IMG/VR virus record: IMGVR_UViG_3300031088_000775
DNA from: an uncultured virus (IMG/VR IMGVR_UViG_3300031088_000775)
Lineage: Duplodnaviria; Heunggongvirae; Uroviricota; Caudoviricetes
Length of the DNA: 33,356 nt
Reading direction: 5' to 3' (one strand)
In this document: positions 1-9,287 of the stretch, in pieces
Layout of the letters: every line of letters starts with the position of its first letter
How positions within the stretch are numbered: position 1 is the stretch's first letter
Notes under the pieces: model-generated
Told to the model about the DNA's origin: nothing
Seen by the model: the letters and a program-made list of their open reading frames with translations, nothing else
The model's database searches: none
Translations under genes and position numbers: made by a program

Positions 1-2
1 AT

Positions 3-722
3 GATCTATCTTGTATAGATGTAAAATTTAGAGTAGATGTAATCGTTTATTTCTGGTCTAGAATTGGACTTTCAGAATTTTATTTGCTCTTCGCTAAAAA
101 TCATGATTTTAACGAAATCATAAAAGACGATAGAGCTTTTTCTGTAATTGCTAAAAACATGTTCAAGCGAGATAACGCTATAATAATTTGTACTTTGATT
201 ATTAACACTAGTGTCCCGACTGTTCTTGATCATAATAAATCTATTTACATACTTCACTTCTTTTCAAGGCTTAAGGATATCTCTAAAAATGGTTTTCTTG
301 ATTTTAAACAAACTAGAATGAGGGTCTCTAAAATTGACTCAAGTGGTAATAGAGTTAAGCTTTTAGCAGCTGATCCTACTAGTCTAGTAAAGAGAAATAA
401 TAAATCAAAGAAGAAATTTCCCTATTATGGAGTTCTCAATCGGGATACTGCTGACGGTGCTCCATGGAGAAGAATTACTAAAGATATGATTTTTAGTGGA
501 GATAGAGTCTCAGCAATATATTATATTCATTTTTGGTCTAAAACAGTAGACTATAAAATTCAGAAAGCTGTTGCAAGTTTCTTTGAAGATTATCGAGAGA
601 TTGAGCCTAGCTTCTTCAGTATCACTGTCGTTACTGAAGTCTTTGAGAGTCACGCCACTCGTAAGGAAGCCATTCAAGACTTAGAGTCCATGCCGTTAGA
701 GTGGCGTGCAGCTATTAATTGA
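3..722 (+). CDS. Unknown protein, 'PxxW' paralog family member 1; 5'-truncated by window edge
   Basis: The frame is open from position 3 (DLSCIDVKFRVDVIVYFWSR...), so the start at 84 is probably not the real one. It shares family motifs FNEIIKDDRAFSVIA and the C-terminal W..TVDYKIQ..V..FF...LESMPLEW. Confidence 0.75.
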   Translation, partial: DLSCIDVKFRVDVIVYFWSRIGLSEFYLLFAKNHDFNEIIKDDRAFSVIAKNMFKRDNAIIICTLIINTSVPTVLDHNKSIYILHFFSRLKDISKNGFLDFKQTRMRVSKIDSSGNRVKLLAADPTSLVKRNNKSKKKFPYYGVLNRDTADGAPWRRITKDMIFSGDRVSAIYYIHFWSKTVDYKIQKAVASFFEDYREIEPSFFSITVVTEVFESHATRKEAIQDLESMPLEWRAAIN

Positions 723-793
723 TGCCTTCTAAATTCATATAGGAATCAAGATATCTTCAAAAGATTAGAATGCTAAATTAATGTCTGCGAGAT

Positions 794-895
794 TGTAGCC
801 TAAGAACGAAAAGACCACCTAGATAGCAACGCTATAGTTGAGTTATCTAGGTGGTCTTAGTAGCGCAGTTTCTATTAGATCTAGTTTACAGTGAA
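794..895. repeat. Deleted/remodelled copy of the dispersed ~180-bp hairpin element
   Basis: Keeps TGTAGCCTAAG, then jumps to GAAAAGACCACCTAG...CTAGGTGGTCTTAGTAGCGCAGTTTCTA with a different inner stem/loop. Confidence 0.85.
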
Positions 896-922
896 ATACT
901 AGAACATATTTCTGCTTTGAGA

Positions 923-1525
923 TTATTTGCTTTCGCCGTCTTTTTCGCTGAAAATGTTTTCAAAATGATCAGATCTTGGTACAGGCTTCAGACTATCGTT
1001 AGATGTAGTTTCCATATTGCGCAAGACAATTGCTTCGTACTGCTTTAGTATTTCCCTAGGGTTATCAGCAATTTTAATGTCAAGTTCAACTTCGGGTAGT
1101 TTTGATACATCACTGTAAAGCGTCTGATTCTTTTCTACGTTTTCTTTCGAGTACTCTTCAGGGTTATTCTTTCGAACTGATTTGTTGTAGGCTTTATTAA
1201 GCATGGCTATCAAGGGATAGGATATAACTGAAGATATAATTAGTGAAGCAAAAAGGGAGATTAGAATAAGGATATCTCCTGTAAAAAATATAGCTGAGAA
1301 GGAAGCAAATATAGTGAAAATAGGTAATAAAGTTGCAGCAATTAAAGAAAAGATGATAAAGCTTTCAGAGGATCTGTCCTGCGGTGTAACTTTAATAGTG
1401 CCTTTATCGAAAATTGTTTTAACTTGCAAGCTATTGTTAGTGCCGGCAAGCCCTATTTGATTTCTGAAGTCTCTTTTAAGATCATAATCGGAAAAGCAAA
1501 TGTCTTGAGTAAAACTTTTAAGCAT
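923..1525 (-). CDS. Two-TM membrane protein, paralog of 2633..3259
   Basis: 200-aa ORF with a central hydrophobic hairpin. Its IGLAGTN, PEEYS..LPEVELDIKI..EILKQYE and DHFENIF motifs match 2633..3259. Confidence 0.75.
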   Translation of the reverse strand: MLKSFTQDICFSDYDLKRDFRNQIGLAGTNNSLQVKTIFDKGTIKVTPQDRSSESFIIFSLIAATLLPIFTIFASFSAIFFTGDILILISLFASLIISSVISYPLIAMLNKAYNKSVRKNNPEEYSKENVEKNQTLYSDVSKLPEVELDIKIADNPREILKQYEAIVLRNMETTSNDSLKPVPRSDHFENIFSEKDGESK

Positions 1526-1581
1526 GTTAGTGGCCTATCTAGTAGAATCGTTTTTAGAATTTTACCAAAAAGCTTGTATTT

Positions 1582-1590
1582 TGATAAGAT
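1582..1590 (+). promoter_or_regulatory. Extended -10-like promoter TGATAAGAT (also at 15150-15158 +, 9964-9972 -, 32770-32778 -)
   Basis: The same 9-mer (TG-n-TAAGAT) lies shortly upstream of four gene starts on the coding strand. Variants occur at 3361, 4552 and 21015. Confidence 0.55.
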
Positions 1591-1617
1591 ATAACAAGAT
1601 ATTCGAGATGGAGAATT

Positions 1618-2424
1618 ATGATTAGTATAGATTTAATTAGATCAAGAGAGACTCGTCCAATTGAAATGACAATCGATGAGTACCATAGTCTTGTGAGTAG
1701 TCTTACGATAGACCCTTCAAAACTTACTGCTCCTATCCGACTCTATGTTGATGTTGACGGAGTCCTACTACCTTTTATCCGTAATGAGGAGGAATTGAAT
1801 GAATTTAGCTCAGTCATTAAGACTTCTATTTTAAATTCAGACTTTAATAAAAACTTTACTGAATCTTTTCACTATCATCCTTATCATAAGAAGGTAATTG
1901 AAAGAGTCGCTCAGTTATCTAAAAATCCTATGATCGACTTTGTTTTTCTGACAAGTTGGAACTTTAATGCTGTTCGAAGTATTGCTAAATCTTTTGGTAT
2001 TGAAACTGCGGGATTCCTACCTTGGGCTTTGAAGATGTCAGACCATAATCAGTCTTTCAAAGGTGTTGCAATAGAGCGTTTAGAGGAAAAGTCACCATCT
2101 CACTTTGTTTGGATTGATGACTTAGCTAATCGTGTTAGAGACCCTTCGATGAGTCATTACTTTTCTCATTATCCAGATCTTCGTTATGATAGCGAAACAG
2201 GAGAGTTCGCCTCTATTTCGTATGAGGAATACAAGGAGTATGAGAAGTTACATACTTTTAGTAAATGGACTATTGAGGATGAAAACGCTGTTGAGCCTTA
2301 CAGGATTCCTAAAAATTCATACTTATCAATTACTACTAACTCGTATTCTGGATTAACGATGAGCGAGCTTGATGTTATTGAAGAGTGGATTGAGAATAAG
2401 TTGAAAGAGCTAAAGTTAATCTAA
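1618..2424 (+). CDS. HAD-superfamily hydrolase (resembles HAD domain of Swiss-Army-knife RNA-repair type)
   Basis: Motif I LYVDVDGVL, motif II FLTSW, a Lys (FKG) and motif IV FVWIDD; GGAG RBS upstream. Confidence 0.75.
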   Translation: MISIDLIRSRETRPIEMTIDEYHSLVSSLTIDPSKLTAPIRLYVDVDGVLLPFIRNEEELNEFSSVIKTSILNSDFNKNFTESFHYHPYHKKVIERVAQLSKNPMIDFVFLTSWNFNAVRSIAKSFGIETAGFLPWALKMSDHNQSFKGVAIERLEEKSPSHFVWIDDLANRVRDPSMSHYFSHYPDLRYDSETGEFASISYEEYKEYEKLHTFSKWTIEDENAVEPYRIPKNSYLSITTNSYSGLTMSELDVIEEWIENKLKELKLI

Positions 2425-2524
2425 TATGTACTCTAGTTTGTAGTAATAGCAACTCTTTGCTATTAATATAGCGTTTTGCTTTCTTTTGAAAAATTGTAGC
2501 CTTTTAAAGACTCTTTATACTTAA

Positions 2525-2566
2525 TGAGCCCGGGATTGTTAATTTCGTCCCGGGCTCAGTTTTTTA
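2525..2566 (+). terminator. Intrinsic terminator between convergent genes
   Basis: 11-bp stem TGAGCCCGGGA/TCCCGGGCTCA followed by a T run. Confidence 0.75.
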
Positions 2567-2632
2567 TTTGCTTTAGATTCGTATAGACCCCTAATAGAGT
2601 TTTAAAGTGATTTGTTTAGATTTTAATATTCT

Positions 2633-3259
2633 TTAATCTTTCGAGTTTTCTGAATCTTCATTCTTAAATACATTCTCAAACAGGTCAGTCTTTTCTGTAG
2701 CAACTCTATTAGATAAATTCTGAGAGTTCGATTTTTGTTTTGTGACTAACTCTTCATATTGGCGAAGGATTTCAGAAGCATCTTCAATAATTTTTAGTTC
2801 GAATGTTGCTTCAGGAAGGGTACTAGCTTCGCTAAATAATTCAGCATTCTTTTTGAGTCGCTCAGACGTGAACTCTTCAGGAAGTGATTTGATTAAACCC
2901 TTTCGATGGAGGGGAGTTATCATATCAGCGATCATAAAACTCAGTTTTATATAAGCAAGTATTGTTACAGATAATAGGAGAAGCGCTAAGAAGATATTGG
3001 AGACTAGAGAACAAATAAGAATGGCAGCAAAAACTTCTAAGGGGACTGTCAAACCAAAACCTAAACTTAAAGATGTTATATATTTACCAGAGTCGAATTT
3101 AGACATTTTGATTGGAGTTGCTGTCAATTTATAGTTAGTATAGTCAGCTTTAATCTTCAGTCCCGTATTAGTCCCTGAAATACCAACCGTATTTCCGCCA
3201 TACGTTGGGGCGTATTCTGTAGTTGAATTGATTTGAGTCATTGTATCAGTTTTTGCCAT
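2633..3259 (-). CDS. Two-TM membrane protein, paralog of 923..1525
   Basis: Motifs VGISGTN, PEEFT..LPEATFELKI..EILRQYE and DLFENVF. Start is probably MAKT (3259) rather than 3307. Confidence 0.75.
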   Translation of the reverse strand: MAKTDTMTQINSTTEYAPTYGGNTVGISGTNTGLKIKADYTNYKLTATPIKMSKFDSGKYITSLSLGFGLTVPLEVFAAILICSLVSNIFLALLLLSVTILAYIKLSFMIADMITPLHRKGLIKSLPEEFTSERLKKNAELFSEASTLPEATFELKIIEDASEILRQYEELVTKQKSNSQNLSNRVATEKTDLFENVFKNEDSENSKD

Positions 3260-3467
3260 TTTAAAACCCATTCGTAGTACTTTTATTACTTTGAGTAATT
3301 TTAACATATTTCTTAAGCTTTAGTTCAGCATAAGTTTTATTTTGATAAGGCTGCGGCCTGTGATAGGATAAATTTAATAGTGAAGTTGAATTTCTTTGCT
3401 TCAAGAAATATAGTACTAGCCTTCATTGTCGAGGCTCTAGAAGACTACAAAAATAAGGGGATGGGCT

Positions 3468-3734
3468 ATGGGTATTATATTTTTGATTGCAGCAACATCA
3501 ATTCTCGCTTTTGATCTTATTCATTTTATTAGATCTTCAAGCGTCAAACCAGTCTCAATGACTCTTACGATTCAGGGCTTCATTTTCTCTATTATGTCTA
3601 TGTACTTAATTGCTAGTGAGGCTTTTAGCGATGGAGTTTCTACATTTGTGATGGTTTACTCTATTCTTCTTTTCTTCACGTCTGCCGCGAATCTTATTGT
3701 TGTTAGTGCGGATAAAGCCTTTGAGAATATTTAA
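3468..3734 (+). CDS. Small 3-TM membrane protein
   Basis: 88 aa, three hydrophobic stretches, purine-rich RBS. Confidence 0.6.
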   Translation: MGIIFLIAATSILAFDLIHFIRSSSVKPVSMTLTIQGFIFSIMSMYLIASEAFSDGVSTFVMVYSILLFFTSAANLIVVSADKAFENI

Positions 3735-3749
3735 TAGGAGTTTCTAGAA

Positions 3750-4058
3750 ATGAATTTTTTGGTTCTGTCAATTTCAATCTTGTCTATCGCTCTTTCCGCT
3801 TCATCAGCAGCATCAATATTCTTTATTTCCAATATCTACGGTAAAAAGATGAATTTTTCTTACGTTATTAGAAGTTTTCTAAGTCTTTGTGCATCGTCTG
3901 CGTCAATTTTTATTTTAGCTTCTCTTCGATATGATCTCAACCCTATCGGCGCTTTACTTATATCTTTTAACACTCTATTTGCAATAGCTGACATTGTATT
4001 TTTATTGCTTAGCATAATAGAATTCGATCTAGACAGAAAGTATTCATCTCTTAGATAG
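3750..4058 (+). CDS. Small 3-TM membrane protein
   Basis: 102 aa, three hydrophobic stretches, AGGAG RBS; tandem with the previous gene. Confidence 0.65.
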   Translation: MNFLVLSISILSIALSASSAASIFFISNIYGKKMNFSYVIRSFLSLCASSASIFILASLRYDLNPIGALLISFNTLFAIADIVFLLLSIIEFDLDRKYSSLR

Positions 4059-4118
4059 ATTTTATTTTTCAAAGCCTACCCCCGAATTGATTCAAAGATT
4101 TTAGGAAGAAGATTTCAC

Positions 4119-4502
4119 GTGAGAAAGCATATGCACCGAATTAAAGAATACTCAATTGAAGAAGTTTTTGGATACATGAGTTCTTTTGAACCCAAGCTGG
4201 ATGGACGTAAGATTCGAAAGTCAAGCGACCGCTTACTTCTCTTTAAGCGAGACAATAATGCTGACGGTATCGTTTGCGTTAAGTGCGGGCTTCATGCAGA
4301 CTTCTTCTCTCTTGAAACGCATGATCTTACTGTAAAACCTCACTTGAATCTTTACGCTCGAGGGGTTGACGGAGCAGAGGATATTCTCTTCACGAAAGAC
4401 CACATCACACCTAAGTCTTTGGGTGGTTTGAATGAGCTTGATAATTACCAAGTGATGTGCGAGCCCTGCAATAGTAAGAAGGCGAACAAATATATTGGGT
4501 AA
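4119..4502 (+). CDS. HNH endonuclease
   Basis: CVKCG...DHITPKSLGGLNELDNYQVMCEPCNSKK is a canonical Zn-binding HNH motif. Confidence 0.9.
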   Translation: MRKHMHRIKEYSIEEVFGYMSSFEPKLDGRKIRKSSDRLLLFKRDNNADGIVCVKCGLHADFFSLETHDLTVKPHLNLYARGVDGAEDILFTKDHITPKSLGGLNELDNYQVMCEPCNSKKANKYIG

Positions 4503-4602
4503 TTCTTCAAAGACTTTTCGAAGGCTTATTAAGTCTCTTTTGAAAAATTTTTGATAAAGTTAAAAGAATATACGAGTTTTACTGTCTTTTAAGGGGAAGA
4601 TT

Positions 4603-5226
4603 ATGAGTGACTATGAGTGGTTTTTAGATATTGGGGCGCACGAGGGGCTTAAGATCCGCTACTCTTGGAAAGAGTTCTTTTATGAAGACGGTGACTCCAT
4701 GGGATACTGGGGAGTTCTTTTTGACGCTGAATCAGGAGAAGAGTTAAATCTAGACTATGCTGAAGCAGGGAAATTCAATGCGGCGGCTTCAGCTTTCCGA
4801 GTCAGTGAGATACAATCTAAGATTAATTTGAATTCTGTAGAAATGTCTAAAAAGGATGCTAGAAAGAATAAAATTCTAGAATTTTTTGAAGATAGCCAAA
4901 AAGGTAAATATCTTGGTCAGAAGTCGAATAATGCGACGTTCTATGTTCAGGATGCAGCCGAATTACTTAGAATATCGCTGAAGTCGGCTATTGATTATGT
5001 TAATGAATTGATTAAAGAAGAAAAGATCGGTCTTAACGGGTTGATTCTTATCCCCTATGAGGACTACGCTAGAGAAAAGACGATTGTTCGCAAAGAAACA
5101 GGTCATAAATCAATTTCGATAAGTGATTTTGGTTGGTGGTCTTGTAGCTCTTGCGGCAAAGGCGGAGACGATTGGACTAATCCTAAGGACTTTAAATGCG
5201 AAGATGATGGTATTAAACCAGAGTAA
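4603..5226 (+). CDS. Hypothetical protein with possible HTH and C-terminal CxxC metal-binding motif
   Basis: VQDAAELLRISLKSAIDYVNEL is HTH-like; WWSCSSCGK...C near the C terminus; RBS AAGGGG. Confidence 0.65.
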   Translation: MSDYEWFLDIGAHEGLKIRYSWKEFFYEDGDSMGYWGVLFDAESGEELNLDYAEAGKFNAAASAFRVSEIQSKINLNSVEMSKKDARKNKILEFFEDSQKGKYLGQKSNNATFYVQDAAELLRISLKSAIDYVNELIKEEKIGLNGLILIPYEDYAREKTIVRKETGHKSISISDFGWWSCSSCGKGGDDWTNPKDFKCEDDGIKPE

Positions 5227-5274
5227 TCTAAGTCTTTCTTGAAGATCACTTTTGTAAATCTATAATCTTACTCT

Positions 5275-5318
5275 AATCTAGCCTTAGTCTTTGTAAGCAG
5301 ACTAAGGCTAGATTTTTA
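5275..5318. terminator. Long-stem terminator between convergent genes
   Basis: 16-bp perfect IR AATCTAGCCTTAGTCT/AGACTAAGGCTAGATT followed by Ts. Confidence 0.75.
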
Positions 5319-5334
5319 GTCTAAGTTTGAAACG

Positions 5335-5523
5335 CTAAACGGAAGAGAGCGAGTCACCAGGATGCAGGATAACTGAATCACCGAACTCGTCTGCAACGAA
5401 CTCGAACTTATCGCGACCATTTGAAGAATGAATAGTCACTTTCTCACCACCGGGGATCAAGATTTCAATGTCTTCGCTTGAATCATTAACATGGAAGTCT
5501 TCTAGCATAATTGGCTTCTTCAA
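5335..5523 (-). CDS. Small acidic hypothetical protein
   Basis: 62 aa with AAGGA RBS; the conserved promoter motif lies just upstream. Confidence 0.65.
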   Translation of the reverse strand: MKKPIMLEDFHVNDSSEDIEILIPGGEKVTIHSSNGRDKFEFVADEFGDSVILHPGDSLSSV

Positions 5524-5558
5524 GGTGATTATCCTTCGCTTTTGTTTTTAAGCTCTTT

Positions 5559-5594
5559 CAATAACAACTATACAATAATCATAGTTATTGTCAA
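5559..5594 (-). promoter_or_regulatory. Conserved promoter TTGACA-N16-TATAGT-TGTTATTG
   Basis: Minus strand reads ttgaca ataactatgattattg tatagt tgttattg; the motif recurs across the window. Confidence 0.75.
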
Positions 5595-5712
5595 CTATTC
5601 GATTTAGGCATAGCCTTAACTAAGTATGCTTCTTAGTAGCATTTGCATATTTGCCAAACTTTTGTTACCTTTGAAAATGAAAAGAGTCTTATTTTAAAAT
5701 TTAAGGATTACT

Positions 5713-6600
5713 ATGCTTTCGAAAAGTTCAATTGAGCGTTACGAGTCATATTGCGAAGAGCGCTTGTTTATGCTTTCGGAAGATTATGATCCCTTCTTGA
5801 AGAAAGCACTGTTTATTTACGAAGCTTATAAAAATGAGACTTTACAAAATTCGGATCTCCTCTTGATAGAGGTAAAGGACCGACTACGGTTCATAAAGCG
5901 CTTTTGGATAACAACTAGTGGTAAATACCATGATAATGAGTTTGCTCAAAAAATCTTTGATTCCGCTGAATTCTTAGAGTTACTTGAAGATGATTTGTCT
6001 TTCATTGCAATCAGCCGAAATAGCTTTAATCCAATATTTATAGCTAGTTTAATCAATAGTCTGTGGGATAATAATAGCGGGCATTTACATGAAGAAAATT
6101 TTTTAAAAGCCTATCTTCGCTTGTTTGCTAAATTTAAGGACTATCCTGACTTGGATGCTTCTAGGGCTGATGCAAAGTTTCAGATTTTGAAATTCTATAA
6201 TTTTGATGTAGCAAATATAATTTGCTTCCGAATTAAAGGATTCTCTTCTAAAATAGGTGGATTGCCCGAGTCTCTTGCTAATAGCGAACCTTACAAAAGA
6301 GTTGCTCTTAGTGATGAGGTCGATACTTCTGAATGCTATTTTAAGGACATAGTTAAAGATAAGTCTTTTGATGAATATTCAAGAGATAGAGTTAGTGATT
6401 ATCTACGTATTTGGAATGTAGCAGTGGACCCTAAGGTGCAATCAAATGTTTCTAACTGGTTCAAGTCTAACAAAAACGCTCCAGTCACTGTTTTAACTAT
6501 CGACTACATTACGCAGCTGTTTGATCCGTCCAGCGTGAATTTTGGAAACTTCGATGATTTAAATAGCGTACCACTTGAGTGGATTGAGCATATACTGTAA
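5713..6600 (+). CDS. Unknown protein, 'PxxW' paralog family member 2
   Basis: Motifs DRLRFIKRFW, FLELLEDDLSF and IWNVAVDPKVQSNVSNWF...LNSVPLEW. Confidence 0.8.
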   Translation: MLSKSSIERYESYCEERLFMLSEDYDPFLKKALFIYEAYKNETLQNSDLLLIEVKDRLRFIKRFWITTSGKYHDNEFAQKIFDSAEFLELLEDDLSFIAISRNSFNPIFIASLINSLWDNNSGHLHEENFLKAYLRLFAKFKDYPDLDASRADAKFQILKFYNFDVANIICFRIKGFSSKIGGLPESLANSEPYKRVALSDEVDTSECYFKDIVKDKSFDEYSRDRVSDYLRIWNVAVDPKVQSNVSNWFKSNKNAPVTVLTIDYITQLFDPSSVNFGNFDDLNSVPLEWIEHIL

Positions 6601-6877
6601 GCAATACGTGCTCCGTAGTTCATAGAATTCGCTGAGAAAAAGCAATGATCTTTAGCCGGTGCGTAGTTCGTACTAAAGCAAGCTTTAACTTCAATAGTCT
6701 TGAATATATTACTAGATTAGAACTTAAAGAATTTTCTTTGCTCCTAATGAACGCAAGTTTAAAGTCTATGTTTCCTAAACAAGAAGAGTACTTTAAAATC
6801 TTTAATAAGTGAGAATATGTTGGTCTAGCGATATTTGAATCAATGTGCAATCAAAGACTTAAGAGTAGGAGTCAAAT

Positions 6878-7219
6878 ATGTCTGAAGAAACTTTAAGAAG
6901 AGCAAAAAGAGATGACTCAAGTCTAGATTCAAACTCCTATTCTAATGAAGATAATCCAGAAGATTACGAAAATTATGATGAAACTCTATATGCACCAATT
7001 GAATATAAGAAAGACAATATTCTCTTGAAGTCGATTCTTTGGATTGTTGGTGGTTCATTCGGGATCATTCTCATTTTAGCGGTAATTGGTTTCATCATGG
7101 GATTATCTGATGTTAAACCAGCATTTTTCGATAAAGACATTTTCCAAAGTAAGATAAGTGAGTTGCAAGGTAATCCTATTGATAGCATTGGGTACAATGA
7201 ATTAGACAAGAATGACTAG
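6878..7219 (+). CDS. Single-pass membrane protein with acidic N terminus
   Basis: AGGAG RBS; one TM segment ILWIVGGSFGIILILAVIGFIMGL. Confidence 0.7.
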   Translation: MSEETLRRAKRDDSSLDSNSYSNEDNPEDYENYDETLYAPIEYKKDNILLKSILWIVGGSFGIILILAVIGFIMGLSDVKPAFFDKDIFQSKISELQGNPIDSIGYNELDKND

Positions 7220-7274
7220 ATTTCAGTAAGAATAAGTAAGTTTCTTAAACTTTAGAATAGAAGATAGAAGTGAT

Positions 7275-7874
7275 GTGGGTTTTATGAAGACAGCACGTAA
7301 AGTTGAGGTACCTCTAGACAGACCTTTGACTGTTAAAGAATATAATGACTTGAATGATCACGCGTTCAATAGCGCAATGTGGCAGGCTACTAATTACAGT
7401 CGTAGTGTTAAGCAGTTGCGAGACAAGCTGAAAGATAAAGGTTATCCTGAAGACTCAGTTGAGGTAGACTGGGGCAACGAAGTCACTGAGCATAACATGA
7501 TTGACGATGCTGTTAATCGCTTGAAAGATTTACGACTTGTTGACGATCATCAGTTAGCTGAAGCAATCATTAAGAGTCATTTATCGAGAGGTAATGGTAT
7601 CTCTAAGGGCCGCACTGCAGCCTTTCAGAAGGGTGTTCCGTTTGATGTAATTGATGAAGTTCTTGAAGAGATGGATACTGAAGATAGCGTTTCCGATGCT
7701 TTAGATAAGGCTGCTCGAGCTATATTGAGATCACCAAGTTATTATCGCACTGAAGATAAACGTAAGCGTGATCAGAAGTTTGTTCAAAAGCTTGTGGGTA
7801 AAGGTTTTTCTTTCAGTGATATTTCAAGTTGGCGTGAGGAGTTCGCGGAGCTTCTCGAAGATGACGAGTTTTAA
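7275..7874 (+). CDS. recX: RecX-like regulatory protein
   Basis: Three-repeat RecX pattern: RSVKQLRDKLKDKGY...IDDAVNRLKDLRLVDDHQLA...QKGVPFDVIDEVL...KFVQKLVGKGFS. Confidence 0.75.
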   Translation: MGFMKTARKVEVPLDRPLTVKEYNDLNDHAFNSAMWQATNYSRSVKQLRDKLKDKGYPEDSVEVDWGNEVTEHNMIDDAVNRLKDLRLVDDHQLAEAIIKSHLSRGNGISKGRTAAFQKGVPFDVIDEVLEEMDTEDSVSDALDKAARAILRSPSYYRTEDKRKRDQKFVQKLVGKGFSFSDISSWREEFAELLEDDEF

Positions 7875-7877
7875 TGG

Positions 7878-8348
7878 GTGGTTATTATGGAAGACTTAGG
7901 TAATTCGACTTTTTTCGATCAGTCTTCAATCAAGGTTATTCGGCAGTTAATTTTAGGTGAGAAGCCTTCGAGTTTGAGCGGTAAAGATACTGTTCTTGTT
8001 TCTAAGAAAAATGAGATTATTTCTATCAATGATCAGATGAATAAAGGCCTAATTTATAAGTTAGAGCAATTTAAGCGTTCAGCTCCAGTTTATGATGCTA
8101 TGATGTTTCTTATTAGAGGATTAAAAGGGGATATGCTTGACGAGACAGTAAGGTTCATGGAGTTATGTGTTGAAGAAAGCCTGTCTTTCGCTAGTTTAGA
8201 TATTGAAGAAGTTTTAGAGAAGCTGAAAGAAACGCCAGCAGACTGGTTGATTCATGTTTATACTGAAGGCGAAGAGAATAGATATAAGCCTCAATCGTAT
8301 AAAGAAAAGAGTAGCCTTAATATGGATGCTCTGCGAGACTTCAAGTAG
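7878..8348 (+). CDS. Hypothetical protein; possible distant 'PxxW' family member
   Basis: 156-aa ORF immediately after recX. LEKLKETPADW resembles the family C-terminal motif, but similarity is weak elsewhere. Confidence 0.65.
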   Translation: MVIMEDLGNSTFFDQSSIKVIRQLILGEKPSSLSGKDTVLVSKKNEIISINDQMNKGLIYKLEQFKRSAPVYDAMMFLIRGLKGDMLDETVRFMELCVEESLSFASLDIEEVLEKLKETPADWLIHVYTEGEENRYKPQSYKEKSSLNMDALRDFK

Positions 8349-8402
8349 TTTTTCTAGAAATTAAACTCTACACTTAATTGATTTTTGATTGTTAAATTGA
8401 CT

Positions 8403-8585
8403 GTAGCCTAAGCGGTCTATAGAGTCGAAAATACTGCTTAGGGTATAGTCATACAGTAAACAGCATTTACTGTTAAAGCTGCATAGAAACATGAAAAGAC
8501 CACCTAGTTTGCCGTGATAGCCTCGGGTCTAACTAGGTGGTCTTAGTAGCGCAGTTTCTACTCGAATTCTAAGACAGCAAAAAAT
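8403..8585. repeat. Dispersed ~180-bp multi-hairpin element, copy A
   Basis: Near-identical to 13427-13606, 20737-20915 (reverse complement) and 22366-22546 (reverse complement). 8479-8559 is identical to 13501-13581. 14-bp perfect stem at 8496-8509/8531-8544. Confidence 0.95.
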
Positions 8586-8615
8586 GCTGACTTAAAGCAT
8601 TTCTCAAAGTTTTTC

Positions 8616-8885
8616 TTAATCCTCAGACTTAAAAACATAAATTCCATGGCTAAAGAAATCTCCTAGCCCTTCAGATGTGACTGCAACCTTGAAGTCATAC
8701 TCAGGATGATCGAGAGTCACTAGAGTCCCTAAATCTTCTGAAACGTATTCTTCAAGATCATGAGACTCTAGAAAATCACGCATTGATTCAATATTGTCCA
8801 TGTCATTTTCAGAGGAGAATGAGTAGTCTAGATGAGTCGAAGGGTCAGTGTCGATAGTAGAGAATATTTCTTGAATAGTAGTCAT
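8616..8885 (-). CDS. Acidic hypothetical protein
   Basis: Probable start MTTIQ (8885) with AGGA RBS; last gene of a 3-gene minus-strand unit. Confidence 0.7.
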   Translation of the reverse strand: MTTIQEIFSTIDTDPSTHLDYSFSSENDMDNIESMRDFLESHDLEEYVSEDLGTLVTLDHPEYDFKVAVTSEGLGDFFSHGIYVFKSED

Positions 8886-8904
8886 TTTAGAACTTTCCTG
8901 ATTC

Positions 8905-9243
8905 TCAAATATTAATTGCGGTAGATGAATTAGAGTCAATTAATTCTCCCCGCTCGTTAGTGATGTTCAGATTGCGGAGTACACGTTGGTATTCTCCACC
9001 CATCCAGATTCGAGTATTCCAACCTCCTGAAGACTGAATCGCGTTAGCAAGCTCCACAGGGTTCATCTCTGACTTCACTGAAACAGAAGCTAGCTTTTTA
9101 TTGAGCACTAGAGTATTGTTCTTTACGCTAGGCACAAAAATACTTACTACAGCGGAGTTAATGTTCTTCTTTTTAAGTTGTTCAAGAATATTTTTAGCAG
9201 TGATTCCTGCAGTTCGCATCGCTACAACTTTGATGTGATTCAT
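8905..9243 (-). CDS. Hypothetical protein
   Basis: 112 aa with AAGGA RBS. Confidence 0.7.
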   Translation of the reverse strand: MNHIKVVAMRTAGITAKNILEQLKKKNINSAVVSIFVPSVKNNTLVLNKKLASVSVKSEMNPVELANAIQSSGGWNTRIWMGGEYQRVLRNLNITNERGELIDSNSSTAINI

Positions 9244-9287
9244 TTAACGTCCTTTAAGTGGGGCGACTATTATGTTTCGGAAGGTTT

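Noticed and set aside
851..1048. ORF 851..1048(+), and similar shadows such as 72..257, 2742..2954, 3860..4072, 11439..11843, 17895..18224, 25635..25952, 27368..27685 and 31125..31442
   Set aside because: They are antisense or alternate-frame shadows of better-supported genes or start inside the repeat, and lack an RBS.
6620..6850. 76-aa minus-strand ORF
   Set aside because: It has no clear RBS or promoter motif and an atypical composition, so it cannot be supported.
8480..8560. Repeat as a hammerhead ribozyme or tRNA-like RNA
   Set aside because: There is no CUGANGA core paired with GAAA, and no cloverleaf or T-loop motif on either strand.
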